Shown piece by piece: positions 24,531 to 36,674 of a stretch of 54,464 bases of DNA. The translations under genes were made by a program, and so were the position numbers. The DNA is from Octopus bimaculoides (lineage: Eukaryota). The notes beneath the pieces were generated by a model. It was given only the letters and a program-made list of their open reading frames with translations, was not told the origin of the DNA and searched no databases. Each line of letters opens with the position of its first letter. Position 1 is the stretch's first letter. Location of the stretch: assembly GCF_001194135.2 (NCBI RefSeq), contig NC_068989.1, positions 67,960,375 through 68,014,838 of the forward strand, given 5' to 3'.

Positions 24531-26093
24531 ATTTCATTTATTTGCCACAAGGGCTAACGTTGAGGGGTACAATACAGAGACAGACATAAAATGTGGGGGT
24601 TTGCATATAATAATGAAATGATATATAAAAAAGAAAAGTATACACGGTATACACTGGAAAAGAAGAGGCATATACATATAATCCAAAGGTAAAAATAAAT
24701 AAATAAAAAATGGTAGGAGGATGACAGATATTGTGGCTCTCCTGATACAATAAGGCCTCTAGGGATAACCCCACTGTCCGAGATTTCCCTGAAACCCTAT
24801 AAGCAAGTGTCCTCTACAATTCCTTCTCTCCGACTCACAGGTCTACACTTAGAGAGGTACCATCCACTCTTGCCATTTTCGCAACTTTCGCAACTCACTC
24901 GAGGACAGCAGTTTCCTCTCCACTCTCAATTTCCTTTTCAGGGGAAACTTGAAAAAGTCAATGCGAGCTCTACCAAAGAGGAATGTATCTGTCCTCATAC
25001 CTTTCAGCCTTGTCCACCAAAAAATCTCTTTCGCCACAGCCACGGAGCAAAGGAAAACTGCCTTGCCTGCCCGATTGAAGGAGGGCGGTAGTGCAATCGT
25101 CACTACAGACTCGGCCGACAGACAGATCTGTCCCACACGTGACAGCAGCTGTTCAACATAACCCCATAAGTCAGCAATGCCCGGACACTGAATGAGGGTG
25201 TGCAGAACGGTTTCATCACTCTGCGCGCACCTCAGACAAGTCCGTCTGACAGCATATCCGTGTCTGTAGAGCTTGTCTCGAACCGGTAGCGTCCCCCGGC
25301 TGCAATGTCAGGCCAAGGACATTTGGAAATTATCCATGATAGTTCCCGACTGGAAAACCCTCCAGAACAGACTAGCCAGTTAGTTCTTGTCGGTGCCCTG
25401 AGTCTCGCCGAGACTGCCGCCGCACTTCCCCGCCTCTAATCCCCTATAAATTTCTAAATCGGAACATCCACCAATCCCATTGCTCGACTGGTGAGCGCCT
25501 GACGACATTCTAGGTGCCAAGTCGACCAGACTCGGTCTTTTCTTTAGCCAGGACTACAGCTCCATCAAGAAAACGAGCTGTGGAAAGACGAGCATCACAA
25601 ATAGAGAGAAATCGTTGCAGGTGGCGTAATCTAAGCGCGTGTCTGTGCATTATGAGGTACAACATACCTAATCCGCCACTCAGAAGATGCTGGCAACAGA
25701 CTGACAGCCTGATCATTGGAACACGTCCCTTCCACAAGAATGTAAGTAAGATCAACCTGATCAAGCAGTAACTGGGACAAGACATGAGGTTCAGGTGATA
25801 AATGGCAACGGAGGTGATATAAGCATTCGCCATCTCTGCCCGACCTTTCAGGGACAGCTTTCTTTCAGGCGATTTCTGGGTAAGACTGTCCACACTGTTT
25901 ACCGCCTCTTTCCAGTTCTTATCAACCTGGAAGTCGGGACCAAACCAGAGCACGGGTAACTTAACTGGTCCGTCGGTCCAGCGTCTGACGACATCATCCG
26001 ATGGCATCGTCCTACCTCTCAAGGAGCCCAACCGCAAACCAACCGATACGTCGGCGTTGATTTTAGCCCCAGCAATCGATTCATATTCCAAGG
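24531..26093 (-). mobile_element. 5'-truncated L1/Tx1-clade LINE: decayed ORF2 (end of RT, C-terminal zinc knuckle) plus 3' UTR
   Basis: Minus-strand frames give YESIAGAKIN..SVGLRLG, LSLKGRAEMANAYI, FLWKGR..GGLG, SLA*HCSRGTLPVRDKLYRHG, CLRCAQSDETVLHTLIQCP (CX2CX8HX4C) and WWTRLKG...RKLRVER. The 3' end AATAAATGAAAT runs into (CAT)n(TAT)n. Confidence 0.9.
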
Positions 26094-26190
26094 ACAGGAG
26101 CAAAAATTAACCAAAAGTCAGTGGGCCTGCAGCTCGGAACCTGGAGAAGCAGGTCCATGTTGTCCAATAACGCCGAGGGACACTGGACGG
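26094..26190 (+). mobile_element. Inverted 97-bp fragment of a second, diverged L1/Tx1 lineage
   Basis: Translates as TGAKINQKSVGLQLGTWRSRSMLSNNAEGHWTG, homologous to AGAKINADVSVGLRLGSLRGRTMPSDDVVRRWTDG on the opposite strand immediately to the left. Confidence 0.85.
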
Positions 26191-26198
26191 GGAATAAC

Positions 26199-26251
<53 letters not shown>

Positions 26252-27138
26252 GAAGAAGAAGAAGAAGAAGAAAAAGAAGAAGAAGAAGAAGAAGAAGAAG
26301 AAGAAAAAGAGGAGNNNNNNNNNNNNNNNNNNNNNNNNNNNNNNNNNNNNNNNNNNNNNNNNNNNNNNNNNNNNNNNNNNNNNNNNNNNNNNNNNNNNNN
26401 NNNNNNNNNNNNNNNNNNNNNNNNNNNNNNNNNNNNNNNNNNNNNNNNNNNNNNNNNNNNNNNNNNNNNNNNNNNNNNNNNNNNNNNNNNNNNNNNNNNN
26501 NNNNNNNNNNNNNNNNNNNNNNNNNNNNNNNNNNNNNNNNNNNNNNNNNNNNNNNNNNNNNNNNNNNNNNNNNNNNNNNNNNNNNNNNNNNNNNNNNNNN
26601 NNNNNNNNNNNNNNNNNNNNNNNNNNNNNNNNNNNNNNNNNNNNNNNNNNNNNNNNNNNNNNNNNNNNNNNNNNNNNNNNNNNNNNNNNNNNNNNNNNNN
26701 NNNNNNNNNNNNNNNNNNNNNNNNNNNNNNNNNNNNNNNNNNNNNNNNNNNNNNNNNNNNNNNNNNNNNNNNNNNNNNNNNNNNNNNNNNNNNNNNNNNN
26801 NNNNNNNNNNNNNNNNNNNNNNNNNNNNNNNNNNNNNNNNNNNNNNNNNNNNNNNNNNNNNNNNNNNNNNNNNNNNNNNNNNNNNNNNNNNNNNNNNNNN
26901 NNNNNNNNNNNNNNNNNNNNNNNNNNNNNNNNNNNNNNNNNNNNNNNNNNNNNNNNNNNNNNNNNNNNNNNNNNNNNNNNNNNNNNNNNNNNNNNNNNNN
27001 NNNNNNNNNNNNNNNNNNNNNNNNNNNNNNNNNNNNNNNNNNNNNNNNNNNNNNNNNNNNNNNNNNNNNNNNNNNNNNNNNNNNNNNNNNNNNNNNNNNN
27101 NNNNNNNNNNNNNNNNNNNNNNNNNNNCGGGGAATAAC

Positions 27139-27191
<53 letters not shown>

Positions 27192-27254
27192 GAAGAAGAA
27201 GAAGAAGAAGAAAAAGAAGAAGAAGAAGAAGAAGAAGAAGAAGAAAAAGAGGAG
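26188..27254. other. Identical 127-bp sequence on both sides of an 813-N gap (probable false gap)
   Basis: 26188-26314 is identical to 27128-27254, including the microsatellite lengths. Confidence 0.85.
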
Positions 27255-27369
27255 GAAGAGGAGGTGGAGAACGAGGAGAAAGAACGACTCTAAATAAACA
27301 GAACACAATTTTCATACGTGAAAATTATTTTGTGTGTAAAAGTAATTCGTAAGCTTTTGAGAGTCAGCA

Positions 27370-27432
<63 letters not shown>

Positions 27433-27789
27433 TAGAGAAAGAGAGAGAGAGAAAGAGAGAGAGAAAGAGACAGAGAAAGAGAGAGAGTAAAAGAGAGAGA
27501 AAAAATAAACATTGCTCAAGACTGACGAAGAAAAAAAGTAAATAGATGAAAACTAACAAAACTCTAACTATACAAATGGCAAGAGTAATACTTAACTATG
27601 CTTAAAAATTTATTCGATATAGATTATGTCATCTAACGGAAAATCCACTTGGTCAATATGTCAGCTTATTGGATTAAGTAAAAGAATATGGCAGACAATC
27701 GAAAGATTGATTGTACATAAGATAAACACAAGCAGTTATTTAAAGCAACTTCAATAAAACTAGTGAAATATTTCATTCATTTAATGATT

Positions 27790-27858
<69 letters not shown>

Positions 27859-27859
27859 A

Positions 27860-27929
<70 letters not shown>

Positions 27930-29339
27930 CATATCTATGTACATTGTGTGTGTGCGTATCTATACAAAAATGAAGTAATTCTTTTTATTACATCAATTTA
28001 CAATTGTTTCATGTGGATTTGCTCACATCAATACTGCTATATTATGCAATAATAAATGCAATTATTGATTCTTGAGGGACAGTGAATATACCGAATCAGA
28101 CTCATCAGAATTATGCGTAAATATAAAAGTCATTTGCTCTTCGGAACTTGAAGTATTAAGAATTTATGCCCATATCCAGTTGGGTGCGTTTACATAATTA
28201 CATTTGCATATCACAAACAAAAGAGATCAAAGGTTTGGATTAACTGGTCAATGAAAAGATATGAATAGACAAAAAGAATAGAAAACAGAAAAAGCAGACA
28301 GAAGATTTTGTTTTCAGGTGCTATAATAAAGTATTGGTTTGTTAACAGTTGCTATTTCATCAAAAAGATTTTCAAGCTGTGATCATCAATAATGCTTTTA
28401 TTGTTCTTAATGTATATTTATTCCATCAGAAAAATATAGGCACCAGCCAAGTACTTAAGTTGATGTAATTGTATTTCTCCTCCCTTCAAATCTATATAAT
28501 ATATATATATATATTAGCTGCGTCACTCAATGACTTAATGTTTTCCAAATCTGGGCTTTACTCCTTACAGAGCACCGATTTAGCAATGAGTACGTTCCAG
28601 GTTCGTAAAATATTAAATCCTGAAACGCACACAGGTTATATATATAAATGGATCGACCAACAGATTAGAACTTATATATCTTTCAGTGCTTGTATTAAAT
28701 TACAGTTAAATCACTACGACTCGGCGAAGTGATTCAAGTTAACCCGAGAGCTGCTATGACACCGACCAATTCACTCTGGTTTTCGACCTGCTAGATAGCA
28801 TTATGCAACTTTTCACAGCTTACCGCATGAAAAAAAGTATGAGTATGAAAAAAATCAGAAGAAATTGGCAAGGCTTTGATCATAAATTTACAGGATTGGT
28901 TTTGATATGTGGTTAAGGCATATTAAAACCAATCAATTATCAGAATTCATATTAACAAGTAATACAGCACCAAAACCATCTCAATAAGAAAAGATATTAG
29001 GTAAAGTGTTTTACCTCTCAAACACTTCGTCAGCGAGAAGACCTTTAAAACGTTGCACCCACATAATTCCTTCTATCTTCGCTGTGGTGTTGGACAAGTT
29101 TAAATGCTTAAAAAACACCTTCATTTCATTAATTAAAAGTGGCAATCTCTCCACCACAGTTTCAATTCTTTCAAACATGCTTTAGAGGTCTAACCTCGTG
29201 AGAAACATTGTTCTAAGTAAAGCAGCAACAACCACACAGGAAAGCTTTCCGTTCATTCAAAATTACACAAATTCTACTGACGTTTTCATAATTCAGTTAT
29301 CTCGACGCCTCTTTCACTTTTTATACTTAATTATCCATA

Positions 29340-29551
29340 TTGGTAGCAAATTTTGGCACAAAGCCAACAGTTTCGATGGAGTGGTAAGTCGATTTCATCG
29401 GCCCTAGTGTTCAACTGGTACTTATTTTATCGACCCCGAAATGAGGAAAGGTAATGTCGACCTCGGTGGAATTAGAACTCAGAACGTAAAGACGGATGAA
29501 ATGCCGCTAAGCATTTTGCCCGGCACGTTAACGATTGCGGCAGCTCACTTA
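29340..29551 (-). mobile_element. Family B SINE
   Basis: TTTTGGCACAAAGCC...CTGGTACTTATTTTATCGACCCCGAA...CTCAGAACGTAAAGACGGATGAAATGCCGCTAAGCATTTTGCCCGGC. Confidence 0.9.
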
Positions 29552-29649
29552 AATATTCATATTAAAATATTATTCTCATATAAGATCTTAAAACAATCAG
29601 TAAACATGCTTATGTTCCTGTCACTGTATTTGACACATTTAACTTCGTT

Positions 29650-29995
29650 GCATTCAAATCCCTCAACTTTGACCTTCCCGTTTCGGGCTCGATAAAATAA
29701 AATATCATTCAAGTACTGGGTTGATGATATCGACGAACGCTCTTCTCTCAAATTCGCGAATTTTTTGTCCTGTAGCTAGGTCAATAGTCATTATAATGAC
29801 GGTGAGATTGTAAAGTCGTTAGAATATCGGAAAATTGCTTTTGTTTTTGTGTTCGAGTTCAAATTTCACCGAGGACAACTTTGTTTCTCATTCCCCCTGG
29901 GTCGATAAAACAAACTACCGGTTAAGTACTGAGGTCAATGATATCAATCATTTACTTCTCCTTCCCAGAAAATTGCTAGCCTTGAGCCTAAGTCA
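29650..29995 (+). mobile_element. Two degenerate headless family B SINE fragments (~29650-29775 and ~29850-29995)
   Basis: GGCTCGATAAAATAAAATATCATTCAAGTACTGGG, and GAGTTCAAATTTCACCGAGG...GGGTCGATAAAAC...AAAATTGCTAGCCTTGAGCC. Confidence 0.7.
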
Positions 29996-30592
29996 GAAAA
30001 AAACTATTTATTCGGTTTCATATTGTTTTGTTGCTTCATGAATTGCAGTCACTTTCCGTCACTTAATGTAGTTAAAAATTTTGGAATCTGCTTAAAACTT
30101 TGTTTTATTTATTGCTGATGCTTTCCATTGTTGATGGTGTTGATGCTTTTGTTGTCATTGTAATGCAAGAATTCCTTTAAGGAACATTAAATCCTCCCGT
30201 TTTTAAAGTGGTAGTGACCTTGGTTATGGAAAGTTTTGTGCTACATTTCAGAGATTATAAATAAACTTTACACTTGAGATGAAGACAGCTTTTCATCTAA
30301 GATGACGTCTTTTAAAAACAATGTCATTCTATAAGTCATCTTACTTATTGATTTTATATTTCGATACCATGACAACAGAAAAACGTTTAAAGTGGTTATT
30401 TCTAAGCAGTATCCTGTATATCGCAGGTCGAATTTCATGTCTGAGTGCGAAATTGAACTTGTTTAAACGTTTAAACTTGGTGATAACCTATTTGTAATTA
30501 TGGGGAATGTTCCTTCCAGAGTTATACCTGTTGTCATTGCTGGTGACAGGACACGAACTGATAACCTTTCAGTTAGTTATCCAATAACTTCC

Positions 30593-30772
30593 GTTTATAT
30601 CGGAGTAATATGTACCCTCTCTAATTATATTGGATTAACATCTGCTGTCTCCAGTAAAATCGGATTAATAAACGCTCCTTGCAATTATATTAATGTCATA
30701 TCTGCTCCTTCGAATTAAATTGAAGTAATATTTTCTTGTCTGAATTCTATTAGAGTAACATCTGCTCTTCCT
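30593..30772. repeat. Degenerate 30-bp minisatellite, 6 units without indels
   Basis: Units start at 30593, 30623, 30653, 30683, 30713 and 30743, e.g. AATTATATTGGATTAACATCTGCTGTCTCC and AATTCTATTAGAGTAACATCTGCTCTTCCT. Confidence 0.85.
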
Positions 30773-31007
30773 ATCTTTCTTCCACTCTTTCTTTCCCCAC
30801 CTTCTCTCTCTCTTTCAGATTATACTGATGTCATAAAATCTTATCTGTTTTGAACGTCAAATTCTTGACATTGGTTCAAAATCAAATAGGGTTACTTATA
30901 TAGTTCTGTTTTGGCAGTTAAATAATTATTGCTGAATGATCAGATAATCATGGCGGAAACAAACAGGTCGCTGCTATGCAGTTTCTTTATTTTCTCTATA
31001 CCTAAAG

Positions 31008-31080
31008 CGTTTAACCCCAGGCAATTCGTCGCATTAAACTACAAGCTTGCATCCCAGAGCTCGTTTAACAATTCATCACT
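31008..31080 (+). CDS. Candidate coding exon, 73 nt, phase 1 to 2: (A)FNPRQFVALNYKLASQSSFNNSS(L)
   Basis: Strong acceptor GTTTCTTTATTTTCTCTATACCTAAAG and donor CT|GTAAGC; one open frame. Confidence 0.35.
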
Positions 31081-31312
31081 GTAAGCTGAAATGTTACTTT
31101 TCATGTTTCAATAATGTATAATGTTGAGCTCAACTTTTGTGCTCGTTGCTTGGTGCTAGATGAACTTCAGCTCACTAACTTACTTGAGATGCAACAGTGC
31201 TCATAATCACAGTTAGTCATAGATAACACCACTGCTTAGTTCTGTAGAGAAGGCTTGGCTGGTTGTTGTACTATATTATATTGAACCTTTACTGTATTTC
31301 GTTCAACTCTCT

Positions 31313-31583
31313 ATGTTCTGGGCTCAAATGCCGCGGAATCCGGCTTTATCTTTCATTCCTGCGGGGTTAATAAGATCAAGTATCATTCAAGTAGAGAGAA
31401 CAATGGTATCGACGATACCACCTCCACTCAAAATTGCTGGCCTTCTGAGTTCAAATTCCGCAGGAGACAATTTCACATTCTCCAGAATCGATAAAATAAT
31501 GTATCAATCAAATATTGGGATCGATGGTATTGACTGACCTCCCCTTAAAAATTGTCAACCTTGTGCTTAAATCAGAAACCATT
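31313..31583 (+). mobile_element. Head-to-tail dimer of two headless family B SINE bodies
   Basis: GTTCTGGGCTCAAATGCCGC...AAAATTGCTGGCC leads directly into TTCTGAGTTCAAATTCCGC...CCTTGTGCTTAAATCAGAAACC. Confidence 0.75.
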
Positions 31584-32125
31584 ATTTAGCACAGATATTT
31601 GTGAAGGGCTGTCATTTACATCTACCATATATTTACTATACAATTACTTCAGATACTTCTTCGAATAAACACGGGTTATCAAAGTGTTAATCATTAGTAT
31701 TGATGACATGGTGAAGAGTATGTTGTTTTTTCCTTATGTTTATATTGTTTGTTTGTTTGTTTCATTTTTTTAAAGAAATCAGTATCATTGCCATTTCAAT
31801 ATCTAATTTTTACAGATTAGTTCACGTTTGTTGCTTTTTTTTTTTCTAAAATCTCTTGTGAAAATATTACGGAAATATTCACACGCACATACGCACACAG
31901 ATGTAAACGTGTATGTGAATATAAGCGTAATCGAGAGTGTATGCTTTTCGATAAAACCAAGATGATTGAAACCTAATATTATTATCGCCAACTTTTGGAA
32001 CGAAGGACAAGACTAATGTTTACGGAAAGACTTCCTTTCTACATGGAAATAAATCGATTATCTCTGAAAATTACCCTCAACAGTTGAAAAATAAACATAA
32101 TTATTTCCTGTTGTAACTTTCACAG

Positions 32126-32192
32126 CATGGATTAGCTTTGCATTGATGATCTTAAATTATTGGCCTGTCGCTTCAATTCCGTTCACCAGTTT
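32126..32192 (+). CDS. Candidate coding exon, 67 nt, phase 1 to 2: xWISFALMILNYWPVASIPFTS(F/L)
   Basis: Acceptor TTATTTCCTGTTGTAACTTTCACAG and donor TT|GTGAGT; one open frame. Confidence 0.35.
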
Positions 32193-32539
32193 GTGAGTTC
32201 TGACATGCTACAGCAAGGAAGACTGTTACGGTGATTCCAAAATAAATTATCTGACAGTAATGTAGTAAGTAACCTGAAATGTTAAAGATTATTGAAATAT
32301 ATGAGAAAATCCATGTCTAAAAACATATTGAAGACGATCAAATTAAGACGCCACTACATGGTCACCCGACCTGCTATCAAGAAATTTCAGCCAAATCCCC
32401 ACCAAATCAGATCTTACCTATTTATATAGTCATACTTTGAGAGAGTAGTCCTTGATATACAACAGCAGACGAGGTGGTCCTCTGAATGACTCATTTGATT
32501 GGATATTGTTGATAAATTATCAGCTATGAATATTTCATA

Positions 32540-32760
32540 GCAGAATCGTTAGCATGAGCTGCTAGAATCGTTGCACGCTGGAAAATGCTTAGCAGCATTT
32601 CGTCCGTCTTCACGTTCTGAGCCCAAATTCCGCCAAGATCGACTTTGCCTTTCTTCCTTACGGGGAACGAAAACATAAGTACCAGTTGAATACTAGGGTC
32701 GATGTATTCGACTTATGCTCCACCCCAAAATCACTGGCCTTCTGTCAAAATTTGAAATTT
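32540..32760 (+). mobile_element. Family B SINE with a short duplication at the head
   Basis: GCAGAATCGTTAGCATGAGCTGCTAGAATCGTTGCACG...AATGCTTAGCAGCATTTCGTCCG...AAGTACCAGTTGAATACTAGGGTCGATG. Confidence 0.85.
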
Positions 32761-33391
32761 AATATTTCATAGGAATAAGCAGGAGTACAATAGATGTGTC
32801 CTGCCCCATTATATAAGGCGTTAAGGTGAGTAATTTGAGTGTGAGGTGGAAACTATTATTTCTTGAAGGTTCAATGTCCTTTAGATTATGGTTGAAGTGA
32901 GGCTAGCAAATAACAACAGCAACAAATACAAATTTAAATTGTCCATACCATGTCGGATAAATTGTCAGGAACCAGTCCAACTCTGTCAATGCTAATGTTA
33001 TTTGAACAATCTAATATAATGTTTTATAAAAAATTGTGATCCTTTCGCAATATAGGAAATCCCTTTGGCTTTCAAAGAAAGAAAGAAAGACAAAGAAAGA
33101 AAGACAGAAAGAAAGAAAAAAAACAGAAAGAAAGTAAGAAAGTAAGAAAGAAAGAGTGACTAGGAAAGGAAAATTGAGTTGCAATGCTTACTTGTTTAAC
33201 CGCTAGCCAGTTCGGAAACGACATTGAAATTTTGTTTAAATCTCCTCTGATACAACTACACCTGAGACGTGTACACGTTCTGCACCCAAGAATCTTCAAG
33301 TAGAGGAAAGTTTAGTCAACCGATTGTTAAATAGTTACAATTCCAAATAAATCTATTGTATGCTACTTTCTTTCATTGAATCATCAAAACT

Positions 33392-33423
<32 letters not shown>

Positions 33424-33614
33424 TGTATGTATGTATGCATGTATGTATGTATGTATGTGTTGTATGTGTGTATACCGTACGTGCATGTGCGTACGTGTGT
33501 GCGCTTGTGTGTGAGTGCGTAGAAAGAAAACTAATTATTTTCTAGATAATACATAAATACCTATTTCACAAGCTATAACGCACTCCGATATAATGCATAA
33601 ATATACAAATAGAA

Positions 33615-33648
<34 letters not shown>

Positions 33649-33893
33649 NNNNNNNNNNNNNNNNNNNNNNNNNNNNNNNNNNNNNNNNNNNNNNNNNNNN
33701 NNNNNNNNNNNNNNNNNNNNNNNNNNNNNNNNNNNNNNNNNNNNNNNNNNNNNNNNNNNNNNNNNNNNNNNNNNNNNNNNNNNNNNNNNNNNNNNNNNNN
33801 NNNNNNNNATATATATATACATATATGTACACATATATATGTACATGCATACATACAAATACACACACGCACACACATGCACACACGCACACG

Positions 33894-33925
<32 letters not shown>

Positions 33926-34298
33926 CATACACACACACAAACACCACACACACACACATTGTGATATATAATTCTCGTTAACATACAAAGTTACAGCTTT
34001 CCGATTTAGCTCGGAGCTCTCCCAGTTCTGTGCTATGTAGTTCTGGTAACACCTACACTTCACTTCGGATCTGTCAGAAACAGCTAAGCGTGTAATTGAA
34101 GCGAGTCTTTGAAGTGTGTACCTCTCTATAAACACACTGCCCTAAGTAATACAAGTGATTTATTCAGAGATGCACAGTAGTAGTACATATACTAGCAGAA
34201 AGTTAGCCACCACTTCAAATTAGGCATCGTTTATACAGTACCATGCTAGTCTTCGTCTCCCGAATTGCAAAGGGTATATTCGTTCTTGGCACAGTCAC

Positions 34299-34643
34299 CA
34301 GTGGTTCTCAACCGGGGTCTATATGGCCCCTGAAGGTCCCTATAAGATTTTTGGGGGTCCACGCAAGCAAAATAGTAAATTGGGGATCCATAACAGTATT
34401 TTAAGTGCCCCTGAAAAACTTTTGCTTTAGATGTATGTATTAGCATGTATTGCAAGAAAGAGTTAGGTTTCTTTCACTAACATTTTACAGAGTTCAACGT
34501 ACACAAGTTAATGTGTGAAAAATAGGAATTTTGAAAGGAGCAATTATAAAACTAGTTTTTAAACTTCGAATGGCTATGGAGGTCCACCAGAATAAAATAA
34601 TAACCAAAAGAGCCTGTAGATGAAAAATGGTCGAGAACCCCTG
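34299..34643. mobile_element. hAT (Charlie-like) MITE, 345 bp
   Basis: TIRs CAGTGGTTCTCAACC and (reverse complement) CAGGGGTTCTCGACC, 13/15 identical. The 8-bp flanks ACAGTCAC and CACTAGAT do not match, so no TSD is demonstrable. Confidence 0.8.
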
Positions 34644-34985
34644 CACTAGATTCTCTCGTCTCTCCTACAGTCACCGAATCTTTTAGTCCTTTGCGTAAGA
34701 GGTCTCCGAAATGTTGCGGATTACTCCTTCCCTCCAAAGATCAGTCATGGTTTTGTGAGCAGTAAGATCACAAAAAATATACATATTCACTGTCCACATT
34801 GCACCCACCTTGCAACCACACAAATTCACTTCCATGCATGTCTTCATATCAAATGCAAAAGCATTTCTAGGTGTTTTGATCCAACAAATCCAACGGCACT
34901 AACATTGTCCCTTCAATTGCTTTCGAACAGTTAAAATGCTGGTACCAATGGTTTCATACAGACATATGTGCCGACAATTTCACAC

Positions 34986-35036
<51 letters not shown>

Positions 35037-36611
35037 TGAACGGGAAAAACAAATAAAGAGAGAAATGTTTTGTTTTCTGTTTTCAAAGATTTTGAAAATT
35101 TAAAATTTAATGAATATTTCCAAATTTGGTATATTGATGTACTTTTTTATGCTGAATCCGAGTTTGGTTTTCATTTATTCTAGACAAAAAAACTTTAGAA
35201 AAAATTTACAGAGGTCTGAAAAACGGATTTGTATGTGATAGTTGTGAGAAAATTAACGTAAACAGTAGAAGACGAGGTTTTAAACAAAATCAAAGTAATG
35301 AGTGAGAGTTAATACATATACAGAGCGAAGGGGAGGGGGATAGAGAGAAAGAGAGAGAGAGAGAGAGCTGATGAATAGTGTGGTGAATATATAGAGAGAG
35401 ACAGGTTGATGGTGATAGAAAGAGAGTACGAGAGTTGTCGATGGAGAAGTTGAGTTATTTCTCTTAGAAGATCATGTTTTTTTACAATTGTTTACAAATC
35501 AGCTCTTCGGGCTGCAGATTTCGAAAATCAAATTCGTGTTTCTCGAGGACGCACAATTTCAGAGCCTTTCGGGTATAAGCACACATACATAACCACACAC
35601 ACTCGCATTTATATAGTAAATATACATACATATATACATGTGTATGTACGTATGTATGTATGTATGTATGTATGTATGTATGTATGTATGTATGTATGAA
35701 TGTATGTTTGTATGTATGCATGTATGTATATATATATATANNNNNNNNNNNNNNNNNNNNNNNNNNNNNNNNNNNNNNNNNNNNNNNNNNNNNNNNNNNN
35801 NNNNNNNNNNNNNNNNNNNNNNNNNNNNNNNNNNNNNNNNNNNNNNNNNNNNNNNNNNNNNNNNNNNNNNNNNNNNNNNNNNNNNNNNNNNNNNNNNNNN
35901 NNNNNNNNNNNNNNNNNNNNNNNNNNNNNNNNNNNNNNNNNNNNNNNNNNNNNNNNNNNNNNNNNNNNNNNNNNNNNNNNNNNNNNNNNNNNNNNNNNNN
36001 NNNNNNNNNNNNNNNNNNNNNNNNNNNNNNNNNNNNNNNNNNNNNNNNNNNNNNNNNNNNNNNNNNNNNNNNNNNNNNNNNNNNNNNNNNNNNNNNNNNN
36101 NNNNNNNNNNNNNNNNNNNNNNNNNNNNNNNNNNNNNNNNNNNNNNNNNNNNNNNNNNNNNNNNNNNNNNNNNNNNNNNNNNNNNNNNNNNNNNNNNNNN
36201 NNNNNNNNNNNNNNNNNNNNNNNNNNNNTGTGTGTAAATTAAATATTGATCAATATGCATGCAGAAAAAGTTAATAAAGCGCATGTCGTGCCAACCCACG
36301 TAATATGTACACAACAGCGAATAGATACACTCATATATTCATTTAAAAAAAGCAGAAATATAGATGTAATGACAGATGCAGATATACACGTATCTCTCCC
36401 TCTCCCTACACATACGCACGCGCGCATATATATATATAAAAGCCTAGATATGTATAGATATTACGGTGAGTTTGTTTAAGAGCCTCTGCTCTAACACTGT
36501 GTATATAGAAGGTATGAAAAATTTGTAACTTTACACTGGTAAATACGTGCTTATATGGATGCATGCCTCAATGGTTTTCGTACGCAAACATACATTATCT
36601 TGTGCATATAT

Positions 36612-36674
<63 letters not shown>

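Noticed and set aside
26107-27315. ORFs of 338-402 aa
   Set aside because: Mostly N-gap and microsatellite; only the first ~23 codons of the plus frame are meaningful (LINE fragment).
31013-31075. VALNYKLASQSS as the start of an F-type lectin domain
   Set aside because: Only a loose motif match, and no downstream AxDG/HT/W-x-VDL exons were found.
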